From Myxococcota bacterium (GTDB taxonomy: Bacteria; Myxococcota; JACRCW01), in NCBI GenBank assembly GCA_040752415.1, contig JBFMGU010000106.1, positions 1 to 35,036 of the forward strand: a stretch of 35,036 nt of DNA, written 5' to 3'. Below, piece after piece: positions 19,801 through 25,250 of this stretch; position 1 is the first letter of the stretch, and every line of letters starts with the position of its first letter. The notes beneath the pieces were generated by a model. The model was not told the origin of the DNA and made no database searches. It was given only the letters and a program-made list of their open reading frames with translations. A program made the position numbers and the translations under genes.

Positions 19801-22800
19801 GCGTGTCTCCCCCGTTGTTGTCGCCGACGAGCTTGGTGAGCGTGAGCACCGCTGCGCTGGTGACGGCGAAGTTCGTGGGATTCGCCGTGCCGGCGACGCT
19901 GGGATCGTCGGAGAGCACGGGGCTCGTCAGCTCGGTGGCGGTGGTGGAGGACTGGTTGGAGACCGTCAGACCGTTGTCGAGCGGCGTCTTGAGGCGTGCG
20001 TCCAGGGTCAGCGTGACGTCGTTGGCGGCGCCGGTGTTGATGTTGCCCAGGTTCCAGCGCACCGCGCCGCCCGAGAGCGTGCCGCCATTGGACGCGGAGA
20101 CGAAGTCCAGCGCAGAGGGCAGCGTGTCCAGCACCGCCACCGTCGAGGCCACGCCGTCGCCACGGTTGCGCAGCGTCATGGTGTACCGGATGTTGTCGCC
20201 GGGGCGGAACTGGCCGCCGTTGAGGTCCTGCACGGTCTTCTCGACGGTGAGCAGCGGCGTGGCGGTGACGGTCAGCGCCGTGGGCGGCGAGGAAGCCAGC
20301 GGGGACGTCTCCGCGGAGTCCACCGTGGCGGTGTTGTTGATGGTGGCGCCGTTGGTGACCCCGGCGTTCACGGTGGCGTCGAAAGTCAGCGTGGTGGAGG
20401 TCCCCTGCGCCAGCGACGCAAGCGCGCCGGTGGTGCTGGAGCTCCACGTGATGTTGCCGGCCGCGTTGCTCCCATTCTGCCCCACCGACGTGATGGTGAG
20501 CCGGTTGTCCACCGCGTCGGTGACGACGACGCTGGTGGCGGCGCGGTTGCCGTTGTTGATGACGGTGATGGTGTAGCGGACCGCGTCGCCCGGACGCGTG
20601 GGGGTTCCCCCCAGGTCCTGCACGGTCTTGGTCACCGCGAGCACCGGCATGGCGGTCACGGTGAACGATGGCGACGTCACGGTCACTGCGCGCGTGGTGT
20701 CCTGCTGCGGCGTGAGACGCGCGGAGTTCTGGATGGTGGAGCCATTGGCGGCGTTGTTGGCCACGTTGGTGACGATGACGATGTCCTGGAACGCGCCTTG
20801 AGCCAGCGTGATGGTGCCGCTCATGCGACCGGTCCCATTGGCGCCACCGGCCTGGCAACTCACCCCCGTCACCGCCGAGCCCAGCGTGCATCCGTTCACA
20901 CCCACGGGCAGGTCATCCAGGATGTCCACCGTGATGCTGCGGTTGCCGTTGTTCGCCACGCGCACCGACCAGCGCACCTCCTCGCCCGGACCTGCGTTCC
21001 CGTCGGCGGGCATGAGCAGCGTCTTGCTGGAGGTGCTGAGGTCGATGCGGTTCCGCGTGATCACCGTCGTGGGATCGGCGGCGGCTGTCGTGGTGGGGTC
21101 GTCGCTGAAGAGCGTGGTGTTGGTCCCGGGCTGGGTGACCTGGGCCTGGTTGGACACGGAGGTGTTGTCGGCGGTGCCTTCCCGGATGCGCGCCGTGAAC
21201 GTCACCACCACGCTGCCGGAGGCCGGCACGGAAATGCTGCTGACCTGCAGGGTTCCCGTCGTCACGTCGCTGTCCAGCACCGAGCCGTTGGGCCGCTGCG
21301 TCACGGCGATGCCCTGGAGCTGGGCGGGCAGCACGTCGCGGAGCGTGACGCCGCTGACCGGCGAGCTGCCGTTGCCGAACACCGTGATGGTGTACGTCAG
21401 CGTGTCGCCGGGTGCTGCGCCGCCGCCCGTGGCACCGGACACCGTCTTCTCCATGCGGTTCACGGTGGTGGCGCGCACGGTCACATTGGCGGAAACCGTG
21501 ACCGGGTCCACCTCGTCGGAATCCACGGTTCCGGTGTTCTGGATGACCGTCCCGTCGGCGGTCCCCACCTTCACGCGTGCCTGGAAGCTCACCTCGCAGA
21601 CGGGACGCGTGCCGCCCGGCGTGAGCTGGCCGATGTTCAGGCCGCTCGTCGAGAACAGCGGGCTTGCTCCACCCACGTCGGGCGCGTTCACTCCGCAGCT
21701 CGTGGTGGTGGAGTTGGGGATGTAGTCCAGCAGCGTGGTGGGCAGCGTGTCCTTGACGACGACGTTGTTGGCGTTGGCGGTGCCGTCATTGGTGGCGCGG
21801 ATGGTGAACGTGATGATGTCGCCGGGCGAAGCCTGCGTGACGTTGGCGCTCTTGAACGTTCCCGCGTTGAAGAGGCGCGGCGCATTGGAGTCCAGCGCCA
21901 CGAACACGTACCCGAGGAGGAACAGCTCGCCGCCGCCCAGCTCGCCGCCGGCAATTCCGTCGCCACTGCCAATGCGGAAGTCCATGTACGTGTCGGAGGC
22001 GCTGATGACCCGCTCCACGCCGCCCTGGCCGATGCTGATGGTGTCGACGTCGACGCCAGTGGTGGACCCGCCGTTCTTGTTGCTGCTGTTGAACAGGTTG
22101 CCCGCGGGGTTGATCTGGGTGCCGTCGGTGACGCGCCACAAGCTGGGATGGCTCGCGGTGGACAGCTCCATGAAGTCCGCGTTGGCGGCGAGGTGGGGCG
22201 GGGCGCCAAGCTGGGCGTCGCCCTCCAGCGCAAAGAAGCTGAGCTCCGCGCGCGCGGCGTTGCTGGCGTTGAACCCGGTGATGCGGAAGGTCTGGCTGAT
22301 GCCGCTGCCGCCACCCTGAACGCCGAAATCCTCGTCGGCGTAGAAGAAACCGTCCCACAGGACCGCGTCGCGTGTCTTGGTTGCCGTTGGCGAGCGCCAC
22401 GCCACCACGAGCGACCAGCCCGCGAACTTGGCCTGGCAGGCCGGATCGCTGAAGTCGCACGCGCCCGGCTGGTCGGGGCGGTTGGGGTCCGGGACGCCGG
22501 GAGACGCCTCCACGTTGCCGACCGTGTAGGAGCCACCCGCGCCACCCGCCGGCAACGCCGCGAGGATGTTGGTCACGTCGCGACGGCAGTAATAGAAGAA
22601 CACCGGGAGCGTGGGCGTGCTGGTGACGACGCACCGGTTGGCGGAGAGGTTGCAGTTGGCACCGTCTTCCGGCGCGCTGCAGGTATCCACGTCGACGGTG
22701 CGGGTGACGCCGTCGGGGCGGGTGAGGGTGACCACGCGGTCGTCCGTGCCAAAGTCCGTGGAGCCGGACCAGAACAGGAACGCGCCGGTCACCACGCCGT

Positions 22801-23071
22801 CGGCGGGGAAGGAGTTGATCGACGCGGTCGACGACGGGAGCAGCAGGTAGTTCACCTGCGTGTTGCTCTCCATCAGGGTGGCGCCCGTGGTGTCGGCGGA
22901 GCCGGTGACCCGCCAGCTTCGCAGCAGCTCCGGACTGAAGCCGCCCGTGGATGCGTTGACGTCGACAGTCAGCGCGAGCACCAACGCAACAGGCAGCAGT
23001 CCACGTGCAGTGAGACCGGAGTGACCCATCCGCGGATTCCCGACGGGCCCGCCTGGCCCAATGGACAACAC
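7823..23071 (-). CDS. Giant (~5,080 aa) surface protein: Cys-containing tip domain, 18 DUF11-type Ig repeats, SdrD-B-like domains, two FlgD-Ig-like/OmpA-like modules, C-terminal putative beta-barrel
   Basis: Uninterrupted 15.2-kb ORF; signal-like LLPVALVLALTVDVNA; repeated PGD-x-x-x-Y-x-I-x-x-x-N-x-G; GKVFCDQNGDGWQD; OmpA-like VHGDD...RAERV...NRRIV; ends YIRMQAQY; alternative start ATG 23029. Confidence 0.92.
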   Translation of the reverse strand: MLSIGPGGPVGNPRMGHSGLTARGLLPVALVLALTVDVNASTGGFSPELLRSWRVTGSADTTGATLMESNTQVNYLLLPSSTASINSFPADGVVTGAFLFWSGSTDFGTDDRVVTLTRPDGVTRTVDVDTCSAPEDGANCNLSANRCVVTSTPTLPVFFYYCRRDVTNILAALPAGGAGGSYTVGNVEASPGVPDPNRPDQPGACDFSDPACQAKFAGWSLVVAWRSPTATKTRDAVLWDGFFYADEDFGVQGGGSGISQTFRITGFNASNAARAELSFFALEGDAQLGAPPHLAANADFMELSTASHPSLWRVTDGTQINPAGNLFNSSNKNGGSTTGVDVDTISIGQGGVERVISASDTYMDFRIGSGDGIAGGELGGGELFLLGYVFVALDSNAPRLFNAGTFKSANVTQASPGDIITFTIRATNDGTANANNVVVKDTLPTTLLDYIPNSTTTSCGVNAPDVGGASPLFSTSGLNIGQLTPGGTRPVCEVSFQARVKVGTADGTVIQNTGTVDSDEVDPVTVSANVTVRATTVNRMEKTVSGATGGGAAPGDTLTYTITVFGNGSSPVSGVTLRDVLPAQLQGIAVTQRPNGSVLDSDVTTGTLQVSSISVPASGSVVVTFTARIREGTADNTSVSNQAQVTQPGTNTTLFSDDPTTTAAADPTTVITRNRIDLSTSSKTLLMPADGNAGPGEEVRWSVRVANNGNRSITVDILDDLPVGVNGCTLGSAVTGVSCQAGGANGTGRMSGTITLAQGAFQDIVIVTNVANNAANGSTIQNSARLTPQQDTTRAVTVTSPSFTVTAMPVLAVTKTVQDLGGTPTRPGDAVRYTITVINNGNRAATSVVVTDAVDNRLTITSVGQNGSNAAGNITWSSSTTGALASLAQGTSTTLTFDATVNAGVTNGATINNTATVDSAETSPLASSPPTALTVTATPLLTVEKTVQDLNGGQFRPGDNIRYTMTLRNRGDGVASTVAVLDTLPSALDFVSASNGGTLSGGAVRWNLGNINTGAANDVTLTLDARLKTPLDNGLTVSNQSSTTATELTSPVLSDDPSVAGTANPTNFAVTSAAVLTLTKLVGDNNGGDTLPGDVVTYTLVLTNTGDAPARNVVIEDPVDARLISIQAQNGGIVAGQLVTYQNPGVPSLLSVVPGPPVTVVFTATVSSPLADGTVISNRATARADGGISVQSDDPTTGTPNDATNITIRSRPRLSITKRLSNVTNPGSTVFRPGDRIAYDLAYTNSGTETATNVVIRDTLDANLVSVDPGTNGQLAGATVTYDRNTEASLASMPAGRSGSVRILATVRRPLNNGTVISNRASIQADGLSAVDSDNPDTATPGDATTFTVTSSPTLVVTKTVTDLNGAPFAPGDNIRYDIRVQNTGSMNATNVVVTDPVDGRLLNLVPSAGGNVGGGGIRWDGTGVAGLQTLAVDTAVDLSFTATLSSPLDDGTQISNQARVTADGVPAVQSDDPNTATAGDATTLRITSAADLSASTKQILDGSGNPITTARPGDPLQYRITVTNRGNAIARNVVIEDPLPAEWITTSADNGGVISGNLVSWTSAQVPGLASVSPGNTITVTISGRLAVPLDDGITVGNQAQLFLNNRTGTPFLTDDPTTATGGDQTRVTVRSTPTISNVQKTFTDANGGNVEPGDQVTYTVSFTNNGTANARQVAITDVVDTARLEVVSVGNGGTQSGNLLTWNLASVSPGNTPTTVTFTARVLPTVGNGTTVSNQASVAGQGITAVLSDDPSTPAANDATTFRVVATPRLAVTKSIPDGNPRVVPPLTDVTYVFSVTNPGSATATTVRMRDEIPEGMTFISATGGGVFDSATRTVNWTLPDVAPFGGEARVELVLQVLDLVENGRQLHNQAFASAQDVAEVASDDPSTGAANDPTTITVNAVVDLSSFTKTAQDENLGTLVPGDVILYRLTISNTGNTAARTVTVTDELDAALEVVEVGQGGTASGNLLSWTQETTPALTRLRPTDPPVELTIRARVKAGTADGTRIPNQATVRSLENAAGVPSDDPGTGTVDDATIMTVAAPRLAFTKSFDDNNGAPTIPGDRFRYTLVITNSGSAPALQVVVTDPLPAGFLDVTLGQQGVLTNGTARWDLNTTAALASIEPNGRVELWVDGRVDPLAAGDTSYTNRASLTAVGLGGPLQSDDPRTAPVDATVFTLQGEPSFTTSTIVINNPPATVEPGDTLWFTITVRNSGTSVTRGVSVSAPVDASLTDPIPEDGGTRNGAELTWDASNNTQLALMRPGDVVTLRFRAQVRSPLPNGTNIRQVATARSVELPGGFTMGPATIEVTSIPRLSASSLEMIDVNSGEVEPGDLLNFRLTVVNDGSAAAHTVRATMPIPAGTEYVAGTTRVGGAQRNDVGNLSALAAGEVLGGLEPRAAIVATFQVRALLTLPRGYRISAQGWLESEETTPVPSDDPRTPEILGDPTQAVVGGGAILGVWLQADPSIANADGTSTLRLVLENPGSLPAHDALIRVPIPNGVDIYPQTLTLNGAPISAAADNDAGGIEDGGWWIRLPVLESGDATIATVRVRLNSVNTAQFQAEIKRTGAPDMHSDADPASPGDQPTVLTRAGSGADVSGASITVVDLDGGLAEPGDELLYMVQIPNRGATEARLRSPDGFLDALDSRLTFVETSLEPSGSFQASGDPTQITLKPDVRPVIPPGGSLTIRFRALVSRNADAGTELRNGAVVVLEDGTTTSVGPAVLVIGAIPGTADLRGSVFEDVGKRNKKLDGGKDKPLVGYQVLLVPLDAGPRATPIMTALTDESGRFHFSSVAPGDYRARIVSQGGAQFAEHVVAALTGGERRVQDLGVDPSGVVYDSRDGRPLAGVTAILYVDNEDDDPNNDVPVAEADLPEGQQNQVTGTDGRYRFDPRPGKYRVGLTGPSPTSIWPSTIIPPANDDNVAHPMGSFARTFPGGNVVDSATPQLDGDRRYYLRFDLTPDRPVFNNHIPVDPLLSHVRLQKLANKRTASVGDIITYTVRATNTASRDMTVENMGGVELADAIPPGFKLLPGSARVDRLVRDSSGRVRREKLPTPDPQGNRLLTFGPFDLLAKTETEIRYQLVVGPSVKMGEQVNRAVLRAAAGQVNVSNEAEASVDIRPEPIFDDGVVLGKVFCDQNGDGWQDPTEEGVYGARVYLDTGYYAETDLAGRFHFSGVRPGSHLAKIDDDTLPAGAEMTTLERQLFYVTRGLPTRFSFGVRCVENTATNPDVTINEDSYRPLPALPPPASMPDRIHIRGVASQRNVSLLGARQESVRADLGVSFGNDDPIIGQGPGPNLMAFDDVNGLGMKLWFHPRVHTSLPLSGWRLVVEEEQTHEAVYVLEGQETPAAMLSWDGRDEQGTLVLKAGRVYLVTLAAVATNGDLGVSAPRRFGIRAGDTAPTDNAYEAVLDESTGPLFDETNTMDRRVQQWLKEEAPKLGNPAEAHIQIEVHGDDRATEQVVEANQARAERVKAELAALGFVPSKIDALGVGGERPAVPNLGRAQRAMNRRIVLRSRTSAAMGPPVPAYQVEPRVLVNGQKTSLDEETLFDLDVPLKVGDMLQVDMMSSTGQRSVITRMYTGEPFPEGAPPPPGSAGVEVKGDIATGQLLVGDQVIPVAPSIPVGATIGEGPQAPFNVDGSGTLDREVAFRFTAPAETLRWTLRVVGDNTPAPVEGAAPVDVPLFPADEVIIHEEAGDGAPPPTFNWSGRNAGGAAVLRAGKFRYRLTVELPAGVTQHSPDGTFTVVDLDKPVVITNPFDKKGENITSRGEEAIRTAVAKHKKPGGTMQIQVHTEDKGPKMKALFLTQRQADQVKDLLVVNGVPEAEIIAVGRGSEQPISTSKRNRNIDKRVELIFSNPPTTVEAPPSPAPARVEVNGVPLPSGVTSFNTRAFVTRNGEVVISWRDTVGGRVVVKHKPALPAAEGAPPTLHEILGPTPAHGTVLTASAPEQPQGGDFVSWDPTTTAAGPAGPGGIPMVFMVSKGVVIEEAPPPAPTEPDPSTWMPNPREVGAASLVVDLPPDGTRLGNDKLLVRGITHPLNVVSVNGQPAVVDPVTGQFVAIVKLNEGDSAVTVETTDVRGNKGTLTRRYNVDLTGFFLMGFADTGVGAAGAQLDEHTQYNMVAPVVGPGGFSLRSGPVFLYGRGAAYAKARWKGFWRIPFFEATLHIDTSRWNDPVQQRDLLAQDMVYYPTYGDNGVEVQEARARYPVYAKIRGGNNELFVGNALAQLQGGDLFRYSRSRYAGMATIDQGYVKLKPLGGVDLGHTRARLLVAGGDTPRRPAHVELRGTGGSLYFLKDRDVVEGSERVYIVIRDAVTAQEIARIQKVRGQDYVIRYREGRIMMNDPIPSTADATLITNQNPTTVTTGNPVFLVIDYEHEGTEDFSEVAVGGTAEQTVLDHFAVGGGYVFEGRRNHSPSYQLAGAHTRLFWDDDNYVQAEAAYSRSIPVEAAISNDGGLSYQPLGQSVDSGAVVVGNRLYPAERQGTAFKLKGQVALGKVFGRPATDLSARAYAQRVSRGFFTDGTLYDQGQVKYGVDGNWQVTRRDRLRLRWDGIWSEVNTVPQVGEYRQLHREIAVTQVQHQEGPFTLTGEYALTWNEDGATFGRVRYEDYQRHLGNVVAGQVDWRIHDRLVLFLRQEGAVLADQRLAPRWNDRLTTSGGARIKLVENLELNVTEAIKWNGENATTVGLRTKVDEDSDIYVAERFQARSGGWFNTSVIGASRAASPDSRTYAEYQVDHTGLGGGTSRGVMGASHQWTLMEGLTFSLGYERMQVIGASTSSPGSGPPTANPDGTVIPAAVSDSYAFGAPGANGAIAPIQGSGSRDSMFVQLGFNPWKWLKVSSRFELRYDNADERRGGYDRFIFFTANSLAWNWTDDLQFIGRFHLADVQNRTLRVTEASLQEAAVGLAYRPVHHEWFSVLGLLRHRLELRPVMLTEGRFERTTADVASIEPVLELPFGLQLVEKVAFKLSREKTDDLKEGNAFTALWINRANYHAFRLLKKFVPWFNRWPGDIDLALEYRLRTVLTSNQLDHGVVTEIGFVPVPFVRLAVGFNFSRVSDDEFAKADRNAYGPYIRMQAQY
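14890..21870 (-). repeat. Array of 17 tandem ~130-140-aa DUF11-type repeats inside the giant CDS (an 18th at ~13705-14140)
   Basis: Counted by eye from PGD..Y/F...N.G motifs; repeats are diverged at the DNA level; boundaries approximate. Confidence 0.8.
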
Positions 23072-23143
23072 GTGGGCAGTGTATAGGCTGTGCCCCCGCC
23101 CTCCACCAAGCTCGGAAAGCCCAGATTGTCGCGGGGTTGGCGT

Positions 23144-23596
23144 TCAGTCGTCGGTTGCCAGGTCCGGCACCTTCAGGAAGGGAATCTCCTCCTCCTCAAG
23201 CTCACGCTCCTCCTGCTCGGTTGCCGTTCCACGGATGAGGCGGGGCGCGGCCTCCTCGCGGTGGATCCGTCGGGCCTCCTCGGCAAAGCGTGCGCCCACG
23301 TCTTCGGCATTGGCCCGCACATGCGCCGCCACCATCCCCATCACCTCGCGCACCTGGGCGGGCGTGAGCTGTGGCGGGGCTCCAGCGGGCTCCGGGGTGG
23401 GATACACGTTGGAATCCGCCCGGCCCTCGGCACTGCGCTTGATGGCGGAGCCGGTCACCAGCTTGCGGACCTGACGGGAACCGCACGAGGGACACTCGAG
23501 CTGACCGGCCGCCTCCTGCTGGCGGAACGCGTCCAGATCCTGAAACCACCCCTCAAATCGGTGGCCCTGGGCACAGTCCAAGTCGTAGATGACCAT
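23144..23596 (-). CDS. DUF1178 family protein (zinc-ribbon-like)
   Basis: MVIYDLDC..GHRFEGWF, L.CPSCGS..VRK, EDVGARFAEEARRIH, R.IRG.AT..E..EL.EE are characteristic of DUF1178. Confidence 0.9.
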   Translation of the reverse strand: MVIYDLDCAQGHRFEGWFQDLDAFRQQEAAGQLECPSCGSRQVRKLVTGSAIKRSAEGRADSNVYPTPEPAGAPPQLTPAQVREVMGMVAAHVRANAEDVGARFAEEARRIHREEAAPRLIRGTATEQEERELEEEEIPFLKVPDLATDD

Positions 23597-23659
23597 CTCA
23601 GCTCGCTCTGATTGCTCACGCCCCCGGGTGCAGGCAACACATATTGGAAGGAGGCCCCT

Positions 23660-24709
23660 GTGACATCAACCTTTCGCCGTGGCGGTCACCCCTTTGGCAC
23701 GCATCGCGTCGTGGCGCCGGCCGGGGTGCTTCCCCAGCAGGCCGACGTGGTGGACGCCTCCCTCCCCATCTACGACAACGAGCTGCTCATCGAGGTGGAC
23801 ACGCTCAACGTCGACGCCGCGAGCTTCCGCCAGATCGCCGAGGCCAACAGCCACGACGGCGGGCGCGTGGCGCAGCACATCACGGGCATCGTCTCCCGAC
23901 GTGGCAAGATGCACAACCCGGTGACGGGAAGCGGCGGGATGCTCATTGGTCGACTCAAGGCCAAGGGCTCCGAGTACCGCGGCCCCATCCGCGCCGAGGT
24001 GGGTGACCGGATTGCCACGCTGGTGAGCCTCACGCTCACGCCGCTGCGACTGGACAACATCAAGCGCGTCATCATGGACGCCGACCAGGTGGAAGTGCAG
24101 GGCGAGGCAATCCTGTTCGAGAGCGGCATTGGCGCGCGCCTGGATGGTTCCTTGCCGGACCGCCTGGCGCTCGCGGTCCTCGACGTGGCCGGCGCGCCCG
24201 CGCAGATGGCGCGACTGGTGAAGCCCGGCATGACGGTGGGCGTGCTGGGGACGGGCAAGAGCGGGATCCTGTGTCTGGCTCAGGCGCGTCGCAGCATGCA
24301 AGGGCAGGGGCGCCTCATTGCGATGGATGCTTTCCCGCACGGTCCGGACGCCGCGGTGCGCATGGGCTACGCCGACGAGGCCGTGGTGGTGGACGCGCGC
24401 AACGCCCTGAAGGTGCACGAGGAGATGCAGAGGCGCACCGGCGGAAAGCTGTGTGATCTCGTCGTCAACACCGTGAACATCCCGGGTACGGAGATGGCCA
24501 CCGTGCTGGCCGCGCGGGATGGCGGGCGCGCGTACTTCTTCAACATGGCCACCAGCTTCCAGGCGGTGGCGCTGGGCGCGGAGGGCCTGGCCCGCGACGT
24601 GGAATGCCTCATTGGCGTGGGCTACGCGCCCGGTCACGCCGAGCTGGCGCTGAACCTGGTCCAGGAGGAGGCACCGCTGCGGAAGCACCTGCAGGAGCGC
24701 TTTGGCTGA
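23660..24709 (+). CDS. kdd: L-erythro-3,5-diaminohexanoate dehydrogenase (lysine fermentation pathway)
   Basis: PFGTHRV..P.GVLPQ.A, YDNELLIEV..LNVDAASF.QI, RGKMHNPVTGSGGMLIG, GDRIATLVSLTLTPL, LAVLDVAGAPAQ; GGAGG SD before GTG 23660. Confidence 0.9.
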   Translation: MTSTFRRGGHPFGTHRVVAPAGVLPQQADVVDASLPIYDNELLIEVDTLNVDAASFRQIAEANSHDGGRVAQHITGIVSRRGKMHNPVTGSGGMLIGRLKAKGSEYRGPIRAEVGDRIATLVSLTLTPLRLDNIKRVIMDADQVEVQGEAILFESGIGARLDGSLPDRLALAVLDVAGAPAQMARLVKPGMTVGVLGTGKSGILCLAQARRSMQGQGRLIAMDAFPHGPDAAVRMGYADEAVVVDARNALKVHEEMQRRTGGKLCDLVVNTVNIPGTEMATVLAARDGGRAYFFNMATSFQAVALGAEGLARDVECLIGVGYAPGHAELALNLVQEEAPLRKHLQERFG

Positions 24710-24748
24710 CGTGGCCGGGGCCGGATTCCAGGGCTATGCTCCGTTGTC

Positions 24749-25153
24749 GTGACCGACCCGATCTCGATTGAGCTCCTGCGCGCCATCCACACGTCCATCG
24801 AGAAGATGGCGACGACGCTGCGCTCCGAGCTCAATGAGCTGGGCACCGGCCTTCGCGCGGAGATCCGTGAGACCAACCGGCGCCTGGACGACGTCAACCA
24901 TCGCCTGGACAGCACGAACGAGCGCCTGGAGCGGTTGGAGGAGCGCACCACCGAGGGCTTCCTCCAGACCAACACCAAGCTGGCCGAGCTGACCCTGCAG
25001 GTGGACCGTCTGGGCGACCGGGTGGACAACATCCTGACCGGCCAGCTTGGGCAGGACGTGCGGGAGCTGAAGGGTCGGATGGAGCGGCTGGCGTCCAAGG
25101 TCTTCGGCGTTTCCGAGCCGTCCGAGCCCTACAACCCCCACGCCAAGCGCTAG
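24749..25153 (+). CDS. Small coiled-coil (heptad repeat) hypothetical protein
   Basis: Heptads RLDDVNH/RLDSTNE/RLERLEE; GC3-biased codons; fills the gap between kdd and the ABC operon. Confidence 0.7.
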   Translation: MTDPISIELLRAIHTSIEKMATTLRSELNELGTGLRAEIRETNRRLDDVNHRLDSTNERLERLEERTTEGFLQTNTKLAELTLQVDRLGDRVDNILTGQLGQDVRELKGRMERLASKVFGVSEPSEPYNPHAKR

Positions 25154-25191
25154 GCCGGGACCGTCGCCACGGATCTTTTTCCCTTTCCGGG

Positions 25192-25219
25192 TTGACAGCG
25201 GGACCGCCGTGAATATTGT
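25192..25219 (+). promoter_or_regulatory. Candidate sigma70 promoter of the ABC operon
   Basis: TTGACA-N16-TATTGT about 30 nt upstream of ATG 25251, with a T-rich tract upstream. Confidence 0.55.
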
Positions 25220-25250
25220 GCCCGCCTTCTTTGAGGTCGAGGGCTGCGAG

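Noticed and set aside
25161..25186. CCGT-CGCC-ACGG followed by a T-rich run as a terminator
   Set aside because: A 4-bp stem is too weak to call; the T tract may be an UP-like element of the downstream promoter
25209..25250. Upstream GTG start of the ABC ATPase given by the ORF track
   Set aside because: It overlaps the candidate -10 box; ATG 25251 has an SD-like GAGG and fits the domain start better
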